A stretch of DNA of 64,000 bases from a virus. Both the position numbers and the translations under genes were made by a program. The notes below the pieces were generated by a model. That model ran no database searches. It saw only the letters and a program-made list of their open reading frames with translations, and was not told the DNA's origin. This document shows positions 46,520 through 58,608 of this stretch, piece after piece (positions within the stretch are counted from its first letter, which is position 1; each line of letters opens with the position of its first letter). Location: the IMG/VR virus record IMGVR_UViG_3300024312_000003, positions 96,001 to 160,000 of that record. One strand, given 5' to 3'.

Positions 46520-47365
46520 TTAGAATGTACCGCCGTCAAATACCTGATCACCAGGGGTAGCTGTCCCTCTTGGTTCCCAAACAGATCCATTACAATCGTA
46601 GAATAGATATGGTGCAGCAGTACCAACTAAAGCGTAATTAGCTTTATTAGTGGCCGGGGGTCTGTTTTGAGTCAAATTTTCAACCGTAGTATATTCACCT
46701 ACATATTTGTTAGCAGCGGATACCAATTGATTCAAAACATAACCTTGTCTAGCTGATAGCGCTGAAGTTGTGCTCTGATCTGTTAGTGAGTCCGAAACTA
46801 TAGCACCAGGACCTGCAGGACCCTGTAAGCCCTGAATACCCTGAGGACCTGCAGGTCCTTGTGGTCCTTGAGGACCTGCTGGACCTGCAGGTCCTGTATT
46901 TCCAGTATCACCTTTTGGTCCCGCTGGACCAACATTACCAGCTGGACCAGCTGGACCTTGTAAACCCTGAGGGCCAGTTGCTCCAGTAAGTCCTTGAATA
47001 CCTTGAGGTCCTATTGGACCTGGATCTCCCTGAGGACCTACGGGTCCTCTGATTGATAATAGCCAGTCTGCTTGAGTTCCTACAAAACCACCTTCGACTG
47101 CTACCTGGTAAGCAGACTTACCAATAGATCCTGTAGGACCTGTAGGACCTTGTATGCCTTGCGGACCACGAATAGATTGTAACCACTGAGCTTCTGTGCC
47201 TACAAAACCATTCTGCACTGCTACTTCATAAGCAGATTTACCGTTTGGTCCCTGCGATTGTAAACTAGTTAATGGTATCTTTTTATTTGTACCATTTTGA
47301 ATAACCTCAACCACTTCAGTGCCGTTTAGCGCACCAGCGGAAGGCATTGTAGAAATCTTAGACAT
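46520..47365 (-). CDS. Collagen-like fibre protein B
   Basis: Same N-module, two SAY..A...GF.GT...WL repeats, Gly-X-Y runs, ends VFDGGTF. Confidence 0.85.
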   Translation of the reverse strand: MSKISTMPSAGALNGTEVVEVIQNGTNKKIPLTSLQSQGPNGKSAYEVAVQNGFVGTEAQWLQSIRGPQGIQGPTGPTGSIGKSAYQVAVEGGFVGTQADWLLSIRGPVGPQGDPGPIGPQGIQGLTGATGPQGLQGPAGPAGNVGPAGPKGDTGNTGPAGPAGPQGPQGPAGPQGIQGLQGPAGPGAIVSDSLTDQSTTSALSARQGYVLNQLVSAANKYVGEYTTVENLTQNRPPATNKANYALVGTAAPYLFYDCNGSVWEPRGTATPGDQVFDGGTF

Positions 47366-47498
47366 AATTAACTCCTATTGGAGATTTGATAATTGATTTA
47401 GCACATTTAGCGCATGTCATACAATCTCGTATTTTCTATATCTTAGTCAGTAATTAGCTTAATAATTTGAATTATACATTTCTTGCCAAGGAGAAATA

Positions 47499-49901
47499 AT
47501 GAGTAAAATAAGTGAAATGGGTCTTGCTGGTCCATTATCAGGTAATGAATTATTAGAAATAATTCAGAATGGTCAAAACAAAAGAATTAGATTAAGTGAC
47601 TTAGATCTAACCGCAGCATCAGCATATGAGATTGCTGTTAATAACGGATTCGTAGGTACTGAGGCAGATTGGCTGCTATCTCTTAAAGGGGAGAATGGAC
47701 TAGATGGTGCTCCGGGCACACCTGGAGCAATAGGTCCTGTTGGTCCTCAAGGTCTGTCCGGTCCATCCGCTTATCAAATAGCTATTTTAGCTGGATTTAA
47801 TGGCACTCAAGCCGAATGGTTAAACAGTCTAAAAGGAGCCGATGGTGCACCCGGACCACAGGGACCACAAGGGGTCCCTGGATTAAATGGTGGTGCTGAC
47901 GGATTGTCAGCTTACGAAGTAGCTGTACAAGACGGATTCATTGGTACTCAGTCGGAATGGCTGCAATCATTAAGAGGACCTCAAGGTGAAGTCGGACCTC
48001 AAGGTATACCTGGTCCGACTGGTATTCAAGGACCTGCGGGTCCGCAGGGACCACAAGGTCCCGCAGGTCCAGTTGGTCCAGCCGGAGACGCTGGCCCCCA
48101 AGGACCAATTGGATTAGCTGGACCCCAGGGTCCACAAGGTCCTCAGGGTATCCAGGGTAAATCCAATTATGATTTAGCTGTAGATTCTGGTTTTCAAGGA
48201 ACACTCCAGGATTTTGTAGCCACGATGAATGGTGTCAAAGGCGACACTGGAGATTCTGCCTATCAACTAGCAGTCAACGCTGGATTTATAGGAACTGAAT
48301 TACAATGGCTACAATCGCTAACTGGTCCAATAGGACCACAAGGGTTACAAGGACCAGTAGGACCACAAGGACCTACTGGTCCTAAAGGTGATCAAGGTGA
48401 TACCGGACCACAAGGACCGGCTGGTCCTCAAGGTCCTCAAGGTATAAAAGGAGATGAAGGCATTCAGGGTCCTCAAGGACCTGCAGGTCCTCAAGGACTG
48501 CAAGGTATACAAGGTATACAAGGGGAAGTGGGTCCTCAAGGACCGGTTGGAACAACCGGTCCAGCTGGTCCTAAGGGTGATACAGGTAATCAAGGACCGA
48601 TAGGTAAATCGGCCTACCAGATAGCTCTGGATACTGGATACGTCGGTACGGAAAATCAATGGTTACAAACATTGATAGGTAGTCAAGGACCACAGGGTCC
48701 ACAAGGACCAGTGGGTCCTCAAGGAGCAGCTGGTAGTAACCTACTCGGAACTTTTGCAAATACAGCTACATTACAAACTTCACATCCGGCCGCGACCAAT
48801 ACAGGATCTGTTGCCGTAGTTGGTTCGTCAAGTCCTTTTAAAATAAGAATAGCAAATCAAAACGCATGGGTACCTGCTAGCTCGATAGTAAAGAATGTAT
48901 CGGCATCCAGAACTATAACCGAGCATGATGATGGCGATATTCTCAATATCACCAATCCAAACGTGACTTTGACAATAGCTGAATCCATATACAATCACAA
49001 AGATCTAAAAATAAAGATACTTGTAAATGACAATACTGTTTTTGCGCCAGAATCAGCAAATGTGAAAATTAACGGACAAAGTAGTTCAATTACTGTTAAT
49101 AAGTCTTCTGGTTTAATTGCTGAATTATTTGGAACTGGTAATTTAAATAATGAATTTACCATAGCTCATAGTGGTAGCGGTGGGTCTGGTGGAACTGGTT
49201 CTGGAGGTTTTGTCTCTACAGCTCCAACTATAGTTGATACTGATAAATTCTCTGCCAGATATGATTCAGCTTCAACAACTCTTGGGAATGCTCAAGCTGG
49301 AGACATGATTGTGGTCTTCTTATCAAAGTGGGCCAGTGATTCTGAAGCAGTAATGACAATCAGCGATAACCAAGGTAATGTATATACTAAAATAGATTCA
49401 AGCATTAACTTAGATGGTGCTGGTTTCCGTTATACTGCGTTCTATACTTTCTGCACTCAAGGAGCGGTTTCTACAACAATAACCACTCCTTTAGTCGACT
49501 ATAACAGCATGATATCTCTTCTCATAAGAGGAGTTGATTCTCAAAATCCATTTGATGACGGCGGTACAAGGAAAAGAGCCTACCTAGATGGAAGTGGTTC
49601 TCTTACCATAGATAATTCAGTTACCACATTCAGTGATGATTTGGTACTGGCTTTAATAGGTTGGTACAATAGTTCGATGGTTATGACTATTGATCCAGAG
49701 TGGCCGGTTATAGATGGGTTTAACGATGGATCGAGCCAAACCAATCAAATGGTTGCTATAGGTAAAAGAGTAGATGCTGTTGGTAATTATGACCCTACCA
49801 TAAGCACTGGGTCTAATTCGACTAGAATTAGTGGAATATCTTTGGTTCTTAAAGGTATGTCAGATTCATCACAATCTGTCATCGATCCTGGTACGTTCTA
49901 A
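47499..49901 (+). CDS. Collagen-like fibre protein C (800 aa, opposite strand)
   Basis: MSKISEM N-module, six SAY-type repeats with Gly-X-Y runs, C-terminal beta domain, ends VIDPGTF. Confidence 0.85.
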   Translation: MSKISEMGLAGPLSGNELLEIIQNGQNKRIRLSDLDLTAASAYEIAVNNGFVGTEADWLLSLKGENGLDGAPGTPGAIGPVGPQGLSGPSAYQIAILAGFNGTQAEWLNSLKGADGAPGPQGPQGVPGLNGGADGLSAYEVAVQDGFIGTQSEWLQSLRGPQGEVGPQGIPGPTGIQGPAGPQGPQGPAGPVGPAGDAGPQGPIGLAGPQGPQGPQGIQGKSNYDLAVDSGFQGTLQDFVATMNGVKGDTGDSAYQLAVNAGFIGTELQWLQSLTGPIGPQGLQGPVGPQGPTGPKGDQGDTGPQGPAGPQGPQGIKGDEGIQGPQGPAGPQGLQGIQGIQGEVGPQGPVGTTGPAGPKGDTGNQGPIGKSAYQIALDTGYVGTENQWLQTLIGSQGPQGPQGPVGPQGAAGSNLLGTFANTATLQTSHPAATNTGSVAVVGSSSPFKIRIANQNAWVPASSIVKNVSASRTITEHDDGDILNITNPNVTLTIAESIYNHKDLKIKILVNDNTVFAPESANVKINGQSSSITVNKSSGLIAELFGTGNLNNEFTIAHSGSGGSGGTGSGGFVSTAPTIVDTDKFSARYDSASTTLGNAQAGDMIVVFLSKWASDSEAVMTISDNQGNVYTKIDSSINLDGAGFRYTAFYTFCTQGAVSTTITTPLVDYNSMISLLIRGVDSQNPFDDGGTRKRAYLDGSGSLTIDNSVTTFSDDLVLALIGWYNSSMVMTIDPEWPVIDGFNDGSSQTNQMVAIGKRVDAVGNYDPTISTGSNSTRISGISLVLKGMSDSSQSVIDPGTF

Positions 49902-49902
49902 G

Positions 49903-49932
49903 GCATAAAGAGGGGAATTCCCCTCTTTATGC
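49903..49932. terminator. Bidirectional terminator-family palindrome between convergent genes
   Basis: GCATAAAGAGGGGAATTCCCCTCTTTATGC. Confidence 0.85.
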
Positions 49933-49938
49933 TGTTAT

Positions 49939-51531
49939 TTATTTTGTTATAAATATTTTATTATTTAAAGAGGTACCAACTGTTCTTGTAAATCTTAGAT
50001 TGGTTATTGCTGTTTCTGAGGGCAAGGGCGCCCATCTGAATGATCCATAATCCGTATATGTATCATAAACAGTATATGCACCACCATTATTGGTAGAATA
50101 TTCAACAAGAATTGTTACCGCTCCAGCAGTCAAATCCGGAACAATATCGACATCAAAAGGTACTGAATTATAGCTTGACGTATTAATAACAACAGGATTA
50201 TTACCCAACAGTGTAACTTCAGGTTTCTGAATAGAATTATCTGCTTTAGTACCCTGAGCAGCGGTAGCGAAGTCTGCAATATTTGAATACAGGACATCAC
50301 CTAAAGTAGCTTGATAATCGATGAAAAATTGTTCATCTAATTTTGAATCTACTTGCTGTTTTAATAATCTGCCTTGATTAGCTGATAAAGCTTCAGTGCT
50401 CGATGTACTGGATAGCGTATCATTGATTACTGATGGTCCTGCGGGGCCTTGTTCACCAGTATCGCCTTTAGGACCAGCAGGACCCTGTAAGCCTTGAATA
50501 CCCTGAGGACCTGCAGGTCCTTGTGGACCAATAGGTCCAGATATACCTTGTTCGCCTTGCGGACCTATTGGTCCAGCTGGTCCAGTTAATCCAGCTGGAC
50601 CCTGGGGTCCAGTGTCACCCTGATCACCCTTAAGAGTTAGTAACCATTGAGTTTCATCTCCTCCAAATCCAGCCAATACCGCTACTTCATAAGCTGACAA
50701 TCCATCGGTTCCGGCTGGACCCTGAATTCCCTGTGGACCTTGGATTCCCGCAGGTCCTTGAGGACCCTGTGGACCCGCTGGTCCTTGAGGACCAGTATTA
50801 CCAATACTACCTTGCGGACCTGCTGGCCCAACGGCGCCAGTATCTCCTTTGGGTCCTATTGGGCCTGGATCACCTTGATCACCTTTTAATCCTTGAGGAC
50901 CCGCTGGTCCTATTGGACCTTGTGGTCCTATTAAACTAGCTAACCACTGCGTTTCGGTACCAATAAATCCATTATCTAAAGCATGCTGATATGATGTTTT
51001 ACCAGGTGAACCTTGTGGACCTATAGACCCTTGTGGACCCTGGGGTCCGGAAGTTCCTTGAGGACCTTGTGGACCAATAGGACCAGCTAACGATTGTAAC
51101 CACTCGGCTTGAGTACCTGTAAATCCACTATCAACAGCGTGTTGGTAAGACGATTTTCCTGGGTTACCTTGTGGTCCTTGTGGACCAACGGGTCCTATAT
51201 CACCAGTGTCTCCCTTTAATCCTTTTAGACTGTTTAACCAATCATTCTGAGTTCCTACGAAACCAGACATTAGCGCTATTTCATAAGCAGACTGTCCAGT
51301 AGGTCCTTGTTGACCTTCTGGACCTCTCTGTCCAATTAGACTGGCTAACCATTGCGTCTCTGTACCAACGAAACCATTTTGAATCGCGACATCGTAAGCG
51401 GACTTACCGTTAGGAATAAGAGACAAAAGAGAAGATACCGTTATTCTCCTATTGTATCCTTCTTGTACTATTTCAATTAACTCTATACCTGATAATGGAC
51501 TAGCAAGGTCCATTGTAGAAATCTTAGACAT
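49939..51531 (-). CDS. Collagen-like fibre protein D
   Basis: Start re-assigned to MSKISTMDL (the tracked start crosses a terminator); SAY repeats and long Gly-X-Y runs. Confidence 0.85.
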   Translation of the reverse strand: MSKISTMDLASPLSGIELIEIVQEGYNRRITVSSLLSLIPNGKSAYDVAIQNGFVGTETQWLASLIGQRGPEGQQGPTGQSAYEIALMSGFVGTQNDWLNSLKGLKGDTGDIGPVGPQGPQGNPGKSSYQHAVDSGFTGTQAEWLQSLAGPIGPQGPQGTSGPQGPQGSIGPQGSPGKTSYQHALDNGFIGTETQWLASLIGPQGPIGPAGPQGLKGDQGDPGPIGPKGDTGAVGPAGPQGSIGNTGPQGPAGPQGPQGPAGIQGPQGIQGPAGTDGLSAYEVAVLAGFGGDETQWLLTLKGDQGDTGPQGPAGLTGPAGPIGPQGEQGISGPIGPQGPAGPQGIQGLQGPAGPKGDTGEQGPAGPSVINDTLSSTSSTEALSANQGRLLKQQVDSKLDEQFFIDYQATLGDVLYSNIADFATAAQGTKADNSIQKPEVTLLGNNPVVINTSSYNSVPFDVDIVPDLTAGAVTILVEYSTNNGGAYTVYDTYTDYGSFRWAPLPSETAITNLRFTRTVGTSLNNKIFITK

Positions 51532-51601
51532 ACTTGTTCTCCATTTAAAGACAGTACTGCATATAAATCCAGCATAAAGAGAGGGGAATCCCCTCTCTTT
51601 A

Positions 51602-52756
51602 TTACTTACCCAATATCCGACTATTGGAAGGTCTATCAAACTGATAAATTTTAGAAGATAGAACTTGATTAACAATGCCTACCTTATATTGGTTACTGTC
51701 TTGTTCTTGAGGAGAGCGCTGCGTATCAGAGATACGAATCCACTCGTTCATGAACGACAGGGGATTTTTCTGAACCAAAGTATGTTGACTTTGATTTTCC
51801 AAACCCAAAAGATAGTAAACAGGATAAGCTACAAAACGAGTCCAATTCTGGAACGTTTGCAGGGTACCACCAGGCAATTGCTTACCATCTGGTAGAATTG
51901 TTTCAAGCCAGGTTAGCTCGGATGTTACAATCTCATCAAGAAGACTGATGATTGTTGGTCTGAGATTTTCAAGAGCTTTCTTTCCGCGTTCGGTTGCCAA
52001 TTCTACTTTGAGAATTTCTTGACCAAACTTAGCATGGATCTCGTATTCATCCTGAGCAATCTTCTGGACAGCCATACCGATTGGTTGGAACAAACCAGTG
52101 TTGCAAATTGAGAAAGTTACTGCAAAAGATGCCATGAATTGGATTCTCTCCAAAGCATAGTTCGCAATCAATCCGAGGATCACATATTCGTAAAGTTCTT
52201 GAGAGTATGAAATCTGACCAAGTGCATATTTATGACTAAGCTCGTACAGCTTAGAAAAAATAGATCCCACTACACGCATGCGTTCGTGAGCTTCTTTGAC
52301 TTTTGTGATTTCTTTGAAAACATCACTGGGATCATCAAAGGAGAGTCGTACAATTTCTGAATAAGTCAGAGCATGTAGATTCTCATTATCCATGATTCGA
52401 CCATATCCAGTCCATACTTCACTAGAAGTAACAAACGGAGCCATGATAGGTACAAAACACCTGGATGCTACTGTGTCTGCTTCCCATTGCCACGCAATGG
52501 TTTTTATCATTGCATCGTAGATATCGCGACTACATGTCTTAAATTCAGTATTACAAGTACTGAAATCAAATTCAATTTCATCCCAATCAAGAGTCTTTAG
52601 AGTCTTATAGATTTTCCAAAGTTCTGGATGAACTCGATTGATGGAATCGTAAAACCCAGGTTGTTCTCCAAAGAAGATGGGTGTCTTCTCGTATGTCGAT
52701 TTTTCAGTATTGAAAATCTTATTAGATACTTCAGAATCAATAACGATGTCAGTCAT
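51602..52756 (-). CDS. nrdB: Ribonucleotide reductase class Ia beta subunit
   Basis: [37 protein letters not shown] diiron ligands; SPQEQD..QY tail. Confidence 0.92.
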   Translation of the reverse strand: MTDIVIDSEVSNKIFNTEKSTYEKTPIFFGEQPGFYDSINRVHPELWKIYKTLKTLDWDEIEFDFSTCNTEFKTCSRDIYDAMIKTIAWQWEADTVASRCFVPIMAPFVTSSEVWTGYGRIMDNENLHALTYSEIVRLSFDDPSDVFKEITKVKEAHERMRVVGSIFSKLYELSHKYALGQISYSQELYEYVILGLIANYALERIQFMASFAVTFSICNTGLFQPIGMAVQKIAQDEYEIHAKFGQEILKVELATERGKKALENLRPTIISLLDEIVTSELTWLETILPDGKQLPGGTLQTFQNWTRFVAYPVYYLLGLENQSQHTLVQKNPLSFMNEWIRISDTQRSPQEQDSNQYKVGIVNQVLSSKIYQFDRPSNSRILGK

Positions 52757-52803
52757 TTTAGTTTCCTACAGGAGGGAGTTTTATCTCCCTCCTGCTAAAT
52801 TGT

Positions 52804-55110
52804 TTACAAACTACAAGCCCCACCAGCACATCCGCGTTCCTCTCCAGCATTTGCCAGATCTGAAGCAGACATATCTGACGAACCTCTTTGGACTGCGTCC
52901 AATTCGTCTCCGTCAGCAGTATAGCTATTAACGTAATAACGAGTCTTAAGACCTCTGCGAATACCGTGTAGATAGATATCCATGATTTCTTCTTCATCAA
53001 TCTTATTGTCTTTACTGATCTTCTTGTATAGGTCAGCACTGATCGATTGATCTGTAAACTTTTGGAATATTGAGTAAATGTCAATCAGACGTTTAGTCGG
53101 AATATCCCAGGCAATTTCGTAATCATGACCCATCGTATCGCCTTCAGGCGCTGCCCAGCGGATAACGATGTTATTGTCAGATTTGTTAATGGTTAATGCT
53201 CTGATAGGGTATAAGCTATTTGCCCCACCAAGAGCCTTAGAAGAGGCTTCTCCAGGCATGTAGGCCACCAGAGAGCTGTGCCCAATACCGCCATTTTCAA
53301 TGATCTGTTTCCTAAGGGTTTCCCAGTCATAGCGATATTCGAACTTACCTAATTCATCGACACCGCGATTATAAGTGTCAATAGGAAGCCAACCTTGAGG
53401 CCACTTCGTTTTATGTATCCAAGGAGCAAGACCGCGTTCCTTGGAATGTCTCAGAGATGCCTTGATGGCAAAATACATGTGACGCTCAGCCACCCGGTGA
53501 GCAAATCTCAGGCCAGTTTGATCTGAATATTTGACACCAGATCTAGCCATTAGAGTAGCCAGTCCCATGATACCGACTGCAGCATTGCGGCGACGCTTAG
53601 CAGTATATCCAACGTGAGGCAGAATGTAGTCAGCCATATCCGTTGTTCGGTCGATCATGTAGTAGGCATAGTACATTGCTTTTTCATATTCAGCGTCGTC
53701 TTTGACGTTGGATACTTCAATGGCTGCCAAGTTACAAGTAGAGACTTCACCTTGACCGTGATCTTCTTCCATGTAGAGATACTTAACGGAAGGGTAATCA
53801 ATGGTAGGTTGAGTGATCTCGACACAAAGATTAGATGACCAAATCGTCTCCAGATAAGGAGTGTGACGATTAATTTCATCCATGTTAGCTTGATACGAAA
53901 CTCCTGTTTCGAAAGCCTCGTTAAACGACGAGACAATCAACTTCTTGGCTGAGACGTATGTCTTTTTGAAACCAGGATCATTTTCATATTTTTCGTAGAG
54001 ATCGATGAAATTATCAATATCTCCACTATAGAAGGCACGATCAAGATCTGGAGCGTTAAAGCAATTGAATACAAAGATATCTTCGTTTCTAGCTGCCTTG
54101 TAAGCAAGCCATGCATTACCCATCATGGTGTAATGTAGATCTCGATTCTTTTTATCTTCTGTCGAGCGCGGATTACTTAGCTTTGAGATAACCAATGCTT
54201 CAGGATCAAATGCACTGAAGAAAATATTACCAGCACCGCCTCGACCATTTTGCAAATTGGCTCTAGTTGCCTTACCAACCGAGTTCAGATAAGGAAGACG
54301 TCCTTGGTGCTGAATCAAACCACCTCTGACAGGATCACCAATTGAGCGAGTACGAATATTACCACCAATACCAGCAGACGCAACTGTCTGCATGTAGGCA
54401 ATGTGGTCACCGGCAGCTAAAGAGCCAGCGCTATCAGAAGAAGTGAACAGACAGCAAGATGCATAGCTATTCAGATAAGTGCCTAGATTCACGTAATTGG
54501 GAGTAGGCGCAGATAGAATCTTTCTAGAAAACAAATCGTAAAGATCTTTAACCTTTACCATTCGCACTTCTTTGTCTGTTTCTGCTTCAGCCAAAGCCAT
54601 GGCCATTCGCATGTAAACAAATTGTTGAGATTCGTATTCTTTCTTCGTCACTCGATTGCGAAGAGAATACTTGTATCGAATATGATGAAGTGCGAAATGA
54701 GGACACTCAAGATCACGATTGTGATTAATTACTTTTTCTAGCTCTGCATATTCTTCATCAGAATACTTAAGAGTCCGCATGAGTCCAGCGTCTGCTAGTG
54801 CTCTTTGAACAGACTTAATCGAGGGAGGTACATCACTTCCAAAGATATCCTTGTAGATCATTGAAGTGTAGAGACGCCCAGCCATCAAATAGTGGGACCA
54901 GGATCGACCTTCTAGTGTCGATTCAATCAAGTTATTCTGGAAGTCTCTAGATGTAATTTCCTTTGGACTTTTGTAAATTGCCTTTAGCAAAACTGAAGGC
55001 CAATCGATTCTATCACCAACAAGTTCGGCAGCCCATTGTGCCCAGCGATTTGGTTTTTCAGCAATGAATGGCTCACGCTGACCATTTCTCTTGATTATGG
55101 TTTCGATCAT
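52804..55110 (-). CDS. nrdA: Ribonucleotide reductase class Ia alpha subunit
   Basis: ATP-cone start IIKRNG, ESQQFVYMRMA, SAPTP, ASCCL, SSNLCVEI, MPGEASS, GLKTRYY, C-terminal GCAGGACSL; uninterrupted. Confidence 0.95.
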   Translation of the reverse strand: MIETIIKRNGQREPFIAEKPNRWAQWAAELVGDRIDWPSVLLKAIYKSPKEITSRDFQNNLIESTLEGRSWSHYLMAGRLYTSMIYKDIFGSDVPPSIKSVQRALADAGLMRTLKYSDEEYAELEKVINHNRDLECPHFALHHIRYKYSLRNRVTKKEYESQQFVYMRMAMALAEAETDKEVRMVKVKDLYDLFSRKILSAPTPNYVNLGTYLNSYASCCLFTSSDSAGSLAAGDHIAYMQTVASAGIGGNIRTRSIGDPVRGGLIQHQGRLPYLNSVGKATRANLQNGRGGAGNIFFSAFDPEALVISKLSNPRSTEDKKNRDLHYTMMGNAWLAYKAARNEDIFVFNCFNAPDLDRAFYSGDIDNFIDLYEKYENDPGFKKTYVSAKKLIVSSFNEAFETGVSYQANMDEINRHTPYLETIWSSNLCVEITQPTIDYPSVKYLYMEEDHGQGEVSTCNLAAIEVSNVKDDAEYEKAMYYAYYMIDRTTDMADYILPHVGYTAKRRRNAAVGIMGLATLMARSGVKYSDQTGLRFAHRVAERHMYFAIKASLRHSKERGLAPWIHKTKWPQGWLPIDTYNRGVDELGKFEYRYDWETLRKQIIENGGIGHSSLVAYMPGEASSKALGGANSLYPIRALTINKSDNNIVIRWAAPEGDTMGHDYEIAWDIPTKRLIDIYSIFQKFTDQSISADLYKKISKDNKIDEEEIMDIYLHGIRRGLKTRYYVNSYTADGDELDAVQRGSSDMSASDLANAGEERGCAGGACSL

Positions 55111-55315
55111 TTCCTAGTCTTTCGCAACTGCTTTGAAAATGGTTTTTGATTGTTAATTTAGCAGACGACTGAGTTACAATTATACATTCTCACCCTTACG
55201 TCAACATATTAAAACAGGCAAAAAAATAAACTTTTATTCACGCAATATCATATTACAATTTATGCTTTTTTAGATAAATTAGGGGCAAATAAAAGGAGGG
55301 AATTCCCTCCTTTTA

Positions 55316-55855
55316 TTATCCTAGTAAACTCTCCATTAATCTTGGAGAACCGTCTTCCATGAGACGAACTGAACCATCTTCCATCAAACGCACATTCTGA
55401 TGTTGTGCTTGGAAATAGAATTCACTTTCAAGCCAAGCAAATGATGCAGAGTTATCTCTTATCTTTATTCGATAAGAGTCAACCATCGATGTATGTAGCT
55501 CATTGAGTATTTCTGAAGGATCAAGATTTAAACCCAAAGCTTCATTGATTTCAGGAAGAACTTCATGGGTAAAAAATGGAACTCTTTGAATTACTACTTT
55601 CTGAATTTCTTCAGCAGGTAATGTGTTCAAAACAGCGAGGCTTAATCGCTTGTATTGGATGTTTTGATTATTGTAGAATTGAAATTGTCTGGGTGTGAAT
55701 GTTAGTTGTGTATTTCTACCATTCGTTCCTACGACAGGGGTTAAATTTGTTAATGTGAAATCTGTGTTGTAATTTAAATTAAGCCCGTTATTCAGGTTAA
55801 TAAGGCTAACTAATCTATCCAGACTTCTTCCGGAATAAGGTTTGGTTCTGGCCAT
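55316..55855 (-). CDS. phiKZ-like virion structural protein
   Basis: SLDRLVSLIN..N...GRNTQLTF...IQYKRLSL...LPEINEALGLNL pattern; C-terminal RLMEDGS tandem repeat. Confidence 0.6.
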   Translation of the reverse strand: MARTKPYSGRSLDRLVSLINLNNGLNLNYNTDFTLTNLTPVVGTNGRNTQLTFTPRQFQFYNNQNIQYKRLSLAVLNTLPAEEIQKVVIQRVPFFTHEVLPEINEALGLNLDPSEILNELHTSMVDSYRIKIRDNSASFAWLESEFYFQAQHQNVRLMEDGSVRLMEDGSPRLMESLLG

Positions 55856-55869
55856 TTCTTTATCCTATC

Positions 55870-57981
55870 TTACCAATCGAGCCAACCGGGTCGATTTTCG
55901 TTTTTAATGTTGGGAATGAGTTCGCTAGTATCACAAACATCAGAGATGCTCTCCAAAGCAGCAACATCAGATACTTCCATATTCATAATTGCTGCAACTT
56001 GTTCTCTACTCCACTTAATAATGTCGTTAGAACGAGTAGAGATATTAGATTCTTTACCTGTGTCGAGAAAGACATTGACAACCCTAACTATCTCTGTTTG
56101 TCCCAATCGATCTACTCTTGATACTGTTTGATCATATTCGTGCGCTCTAAATGGCGAATTCATGAGTATAACAGTATTAGCCATTATTAATGGTACTGCT
56201 GTTGATAATGAGTCAAACGTAGCAATTAAGGGATTTATATCCTCGTCTTTTTCAAACGATTTAATTATTTCTGATAAGTTCTTATTTGTATCGGCATAAA
56301 CTTTCATTGGTTTATATCCGTTTTCTTCTAGGAAAGAGAACATCTCATCAACCACAGCGACATAGCTTGTAAATATGATTGTTTTCTTCTCGGAAGAGTC
56401 AATTAAATCAAATATACTAACTTCGTCTTCAGTTTCTTTATTAGATCCTGATCCCCAAGACAATTTCATCTTCGTGGTATTTCTAACGATATCTACATTA
56501 CACTGTTCTCTTTGTTTTCCTAATATTCTACCCAATGCTTCGCCTTGTACTTTTAAATAATAATACTTATAAACAGACTTACTGTTTCTAAAATCTTTAA
56601 CCATGTTAGATGGTAGATTTGGTATTATTACTTTATTTTCGTAATTATTACAAAAGGCTACTTCTTCTTTATTATTCATCGGGTCTAAACCGCCGTGTAG
56701 AGCGTTTGCGTATTTTTCATAGCGCAGATATTCATCATGCTCTTCTCGCGTCTTTATCGTCTTTTTAAAAGCTTCTAGGCATGTTTTATAAATGGAAACA
56801 TAATGACCCATGTTGTTTTTATAGTATCGAAGTCTCTCATCTATAAACTTCGACATTTTAACTCTTATCTCGGCCAAAGTATATTCTTGCCCATTAGACA
56901 TCCTTACGTCAGCTCTTTTTACTTCAACAACATTACCGACAACTTTGGCTTTTTCAATTTTGAAACTCATAAAGCCAATTCGGTTTGCTAGTATATCGAG
57001 ACCTCTTGCAACACTTACACCAAAGATCTTTTTGAATCTATCGGCAACATCTTTATTAAAGAATGAGTCTATGGTTGTCATTAAAGATATTACTTCGGAA
57101 CCCATTGCTTTAACGGGAGTTCCAGACATCCAAAGTACGTGATTGCAATTAAGTATAGAACAAAGTTGTATAAAGTATTGTGTTCTGGCTGAACTCATGT
57201 CGTTGAAATTATGACATTCATCCAATACCACAAATGGTTTCTTATAAAGCTGTTTTACTTTGTCAAAGAAAATAACAGCTTTTTCCAAAGATTCGTAGTG
57301 GAAAACATAATGAGTGTAACCATACTCAAGAGGATCATTCGATCTAGAATCCCAAACTTTAAATCCCGGTCTTAAACAATCGTTAAGAGTAGTTCTCCAA
57401 ACTCTATCAATTGAATTAGGCGGAACAACAGCCACAAATACATCAGCTTCTAAGGAATGTGATAGGAATATGGATGTTAGAGTCTTACCGCTTCCAGGAG
57501 CTGCGGCTAAAAGATAACCTTTTAGCTTAAATTTCTGGACCATTTGATCGTAAGTCTTTATAAATTCTTCCTGATGATCCAACGGACTGAAAAGGATATC
57601 TGATAACTTACCCTTATTCATCATTGAATTATACTCAGTCTGAGTCGACTTAAGCCAAGTGTCAGTATATATTCTGTCTATTATTTTAGTTATTATTCTC
57701 GGACCGACTCTGTATGCTTTTTTATGACTTAATAAAGTTCTAAGAACATAAACAAAATCAGGTAAAAAGAAGGAATGCATAATAAGATGATTTCTACCAA
57801 CTTCGTTGAAGAAATTCAATCCTATCCTACTGGTTCCCCAGACTTTTTCCATGTCCCTTAATAATTTCTCTCCAGGTATACCTTTTATCTTAACAATGTT
57901 ATTAGATTCCTCCACACTGATGGAGCTTAGTAGTCTCATTATCTTTTCTAACATAACTATCTCGTAAGTTATTTTAATCAA
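55870..57981 (-). CDS. SNF2/SF2 DEAD-like helicase
   Basis: AAAPGSGKT, LDECHN, MSGTP, IIFTSY, LSTAVPL, QTVSRVDRLGQ; start may be 57954. Confidence 0.9.
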   Translation of the reverse strand: MIKITYEIVMLEKIMRLLSSISVEESNNIVKIKGIPGEKLLRDMEKVWGTSRIGLNFFNEVGRNHLIMHSFFLPDFVYVLRTLLSHKKAYRVGPRIITKIIDRIYTDTWLKSTQTEYNSMMNKGKLSDILFSPLDHQEEFIKTYDQMVQKFKLKGYLLAAAPGSGKTLTSIFLSHSLEADVFVAVVPPNSIDRVWRTTLNDCLRPGFKVWDSRSNDPLEYGYTHYVFHYESLEKAVIFFDKVKQLYKKPFVVLDECHNFNDMSSARTQYFIQLCSILNCNHVLWMSGTPVKAMGSEVISLMTTIDSFFNKDVADRFKKIFGVSVARGLDILANRIGFMSFKIEKAKVVGNVVEVKRADVRMSNGQEYTLAEIRVKMSKFIDERLRYYKNNMGHYVSIYKTCLEAFKKTIKTREEHDEYLRYEKYANALHGGLDPMNNKEEVAFCNNYENKVIIPNLPSNMVKDFRNSKSVYKYYYLKVQGEALGRILGKQREQCNVDIVRNTTKMKLSWGSGSNKETEDEVSIFDLIDSSEKKTIIFTSYVAVVDEMFSFLEENGYKPMKVYADTNKNLSEIIKSFEKDEDINPLIATFDSLSTAVPLIMANTVILMNSPFRAHEYDQTVSRVDRLGQTEIVRVVNVFLDTGKESNISTRSNDIIKWSREQVAAIMNMEVSDVAALESISDVCDTSELIPNIKNENRPGWLDW

Positions 57982-58039
57982 ATGATTTCGATAAATAACA
58001 GCATAAAAGAGAAGGATTTCATACCTTCTCTTTTATGCC

Positions 58040-58546
58040 TTATTCATTTAACCTATAAACATAAGTTCTAACTTTATTACCTTCCGGTAATTGTCCCAGT
58101 TCATGGATTTGTTCTACTCGGTACTTATGCAGATGCGAGAAGTTAAAGAAAGCATCTCCTTCGTATGCTTTTTCCACAATGGTGATGTGGATCTCTTCAA
58201 CTCTGTGATTCTTAAGAACTTCTTCATAAATAGAAGCTCCTCCAATTACCCAAACAACTCCAGGATTGGAAAAGTTAATTGCTTGTTCAATTGATTGACA
58301 AACAAGAGCGCCTTTTGCATCGTAATTGTGATGTCGACTGATAACAGTATTTACTCTATTTGGAAGTGGTTTAAATTTCTCAGGAATGGATTCCCAAGTC
58401 TTTCTTCCCATTATAACTGAGTGACCTTCTGTTACCTGTTTAAAGTAACGCATGTCTTCAGGAATTCTCCATGGTAAAGTATTGTCTTTACCTATCACTC
58501 CGTTTATGGAGCACGCTAAAATTAGCTTTAGTTTTTTATCGTACAT
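58040..58546 (-). CDS. folA: Dihydrofolate reductase
   Basis: NGVIGKDNTLPWRIPEDMRYFK, VIMGRKTWESI, PLPNRVN, VIGGASIY, EGDAFF. Confidence 0.97.
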   Translation of the reverse strand: MYDKKLKLILACSINGVIGKDNTLPWRIPEDMRYFKQVTEGHSVIMGRKTWESIPEKFKPLPNRVNTVISRHHNYDAKGALVCQSIEQAINFSNPGVVWVIGGASIYEEVLKNHRVEEIHITIVEKAYEGDAFFNFSHLHKYRVEQIHELGQLPEGNKVRTYVYRLNE

Positions 58547-58608
58547 AATTTAAAAAAAAAGATGTGGATAAATAGATAGGGGGTGATCCCCCTATCTATG
58601 TTTAGTTA

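Noticed and set aside
47366-49938. Invertase-driven invertible cassette around the plus-strand fibre gene
   Set aside because: No flanking inverted recombination sites or recombinase identified; kept only as an orientation observation.
45844-51531. GGACC(A/T)CAAGG-type tandem repeats as a CRISPR array or satellite
   Set aside because: They are in-frame Gly-Pro-Gln codons of collagen-like genes with no constant repeat-spacer period. I saw no CRISPR array anywhere in the window.
52804-55110. Intein or intron in nrdA/nrdB
   Set aside because: Both genes have normal length and continuous motifs; the short plus-strand and alternate-frame ORFs there are shadows.
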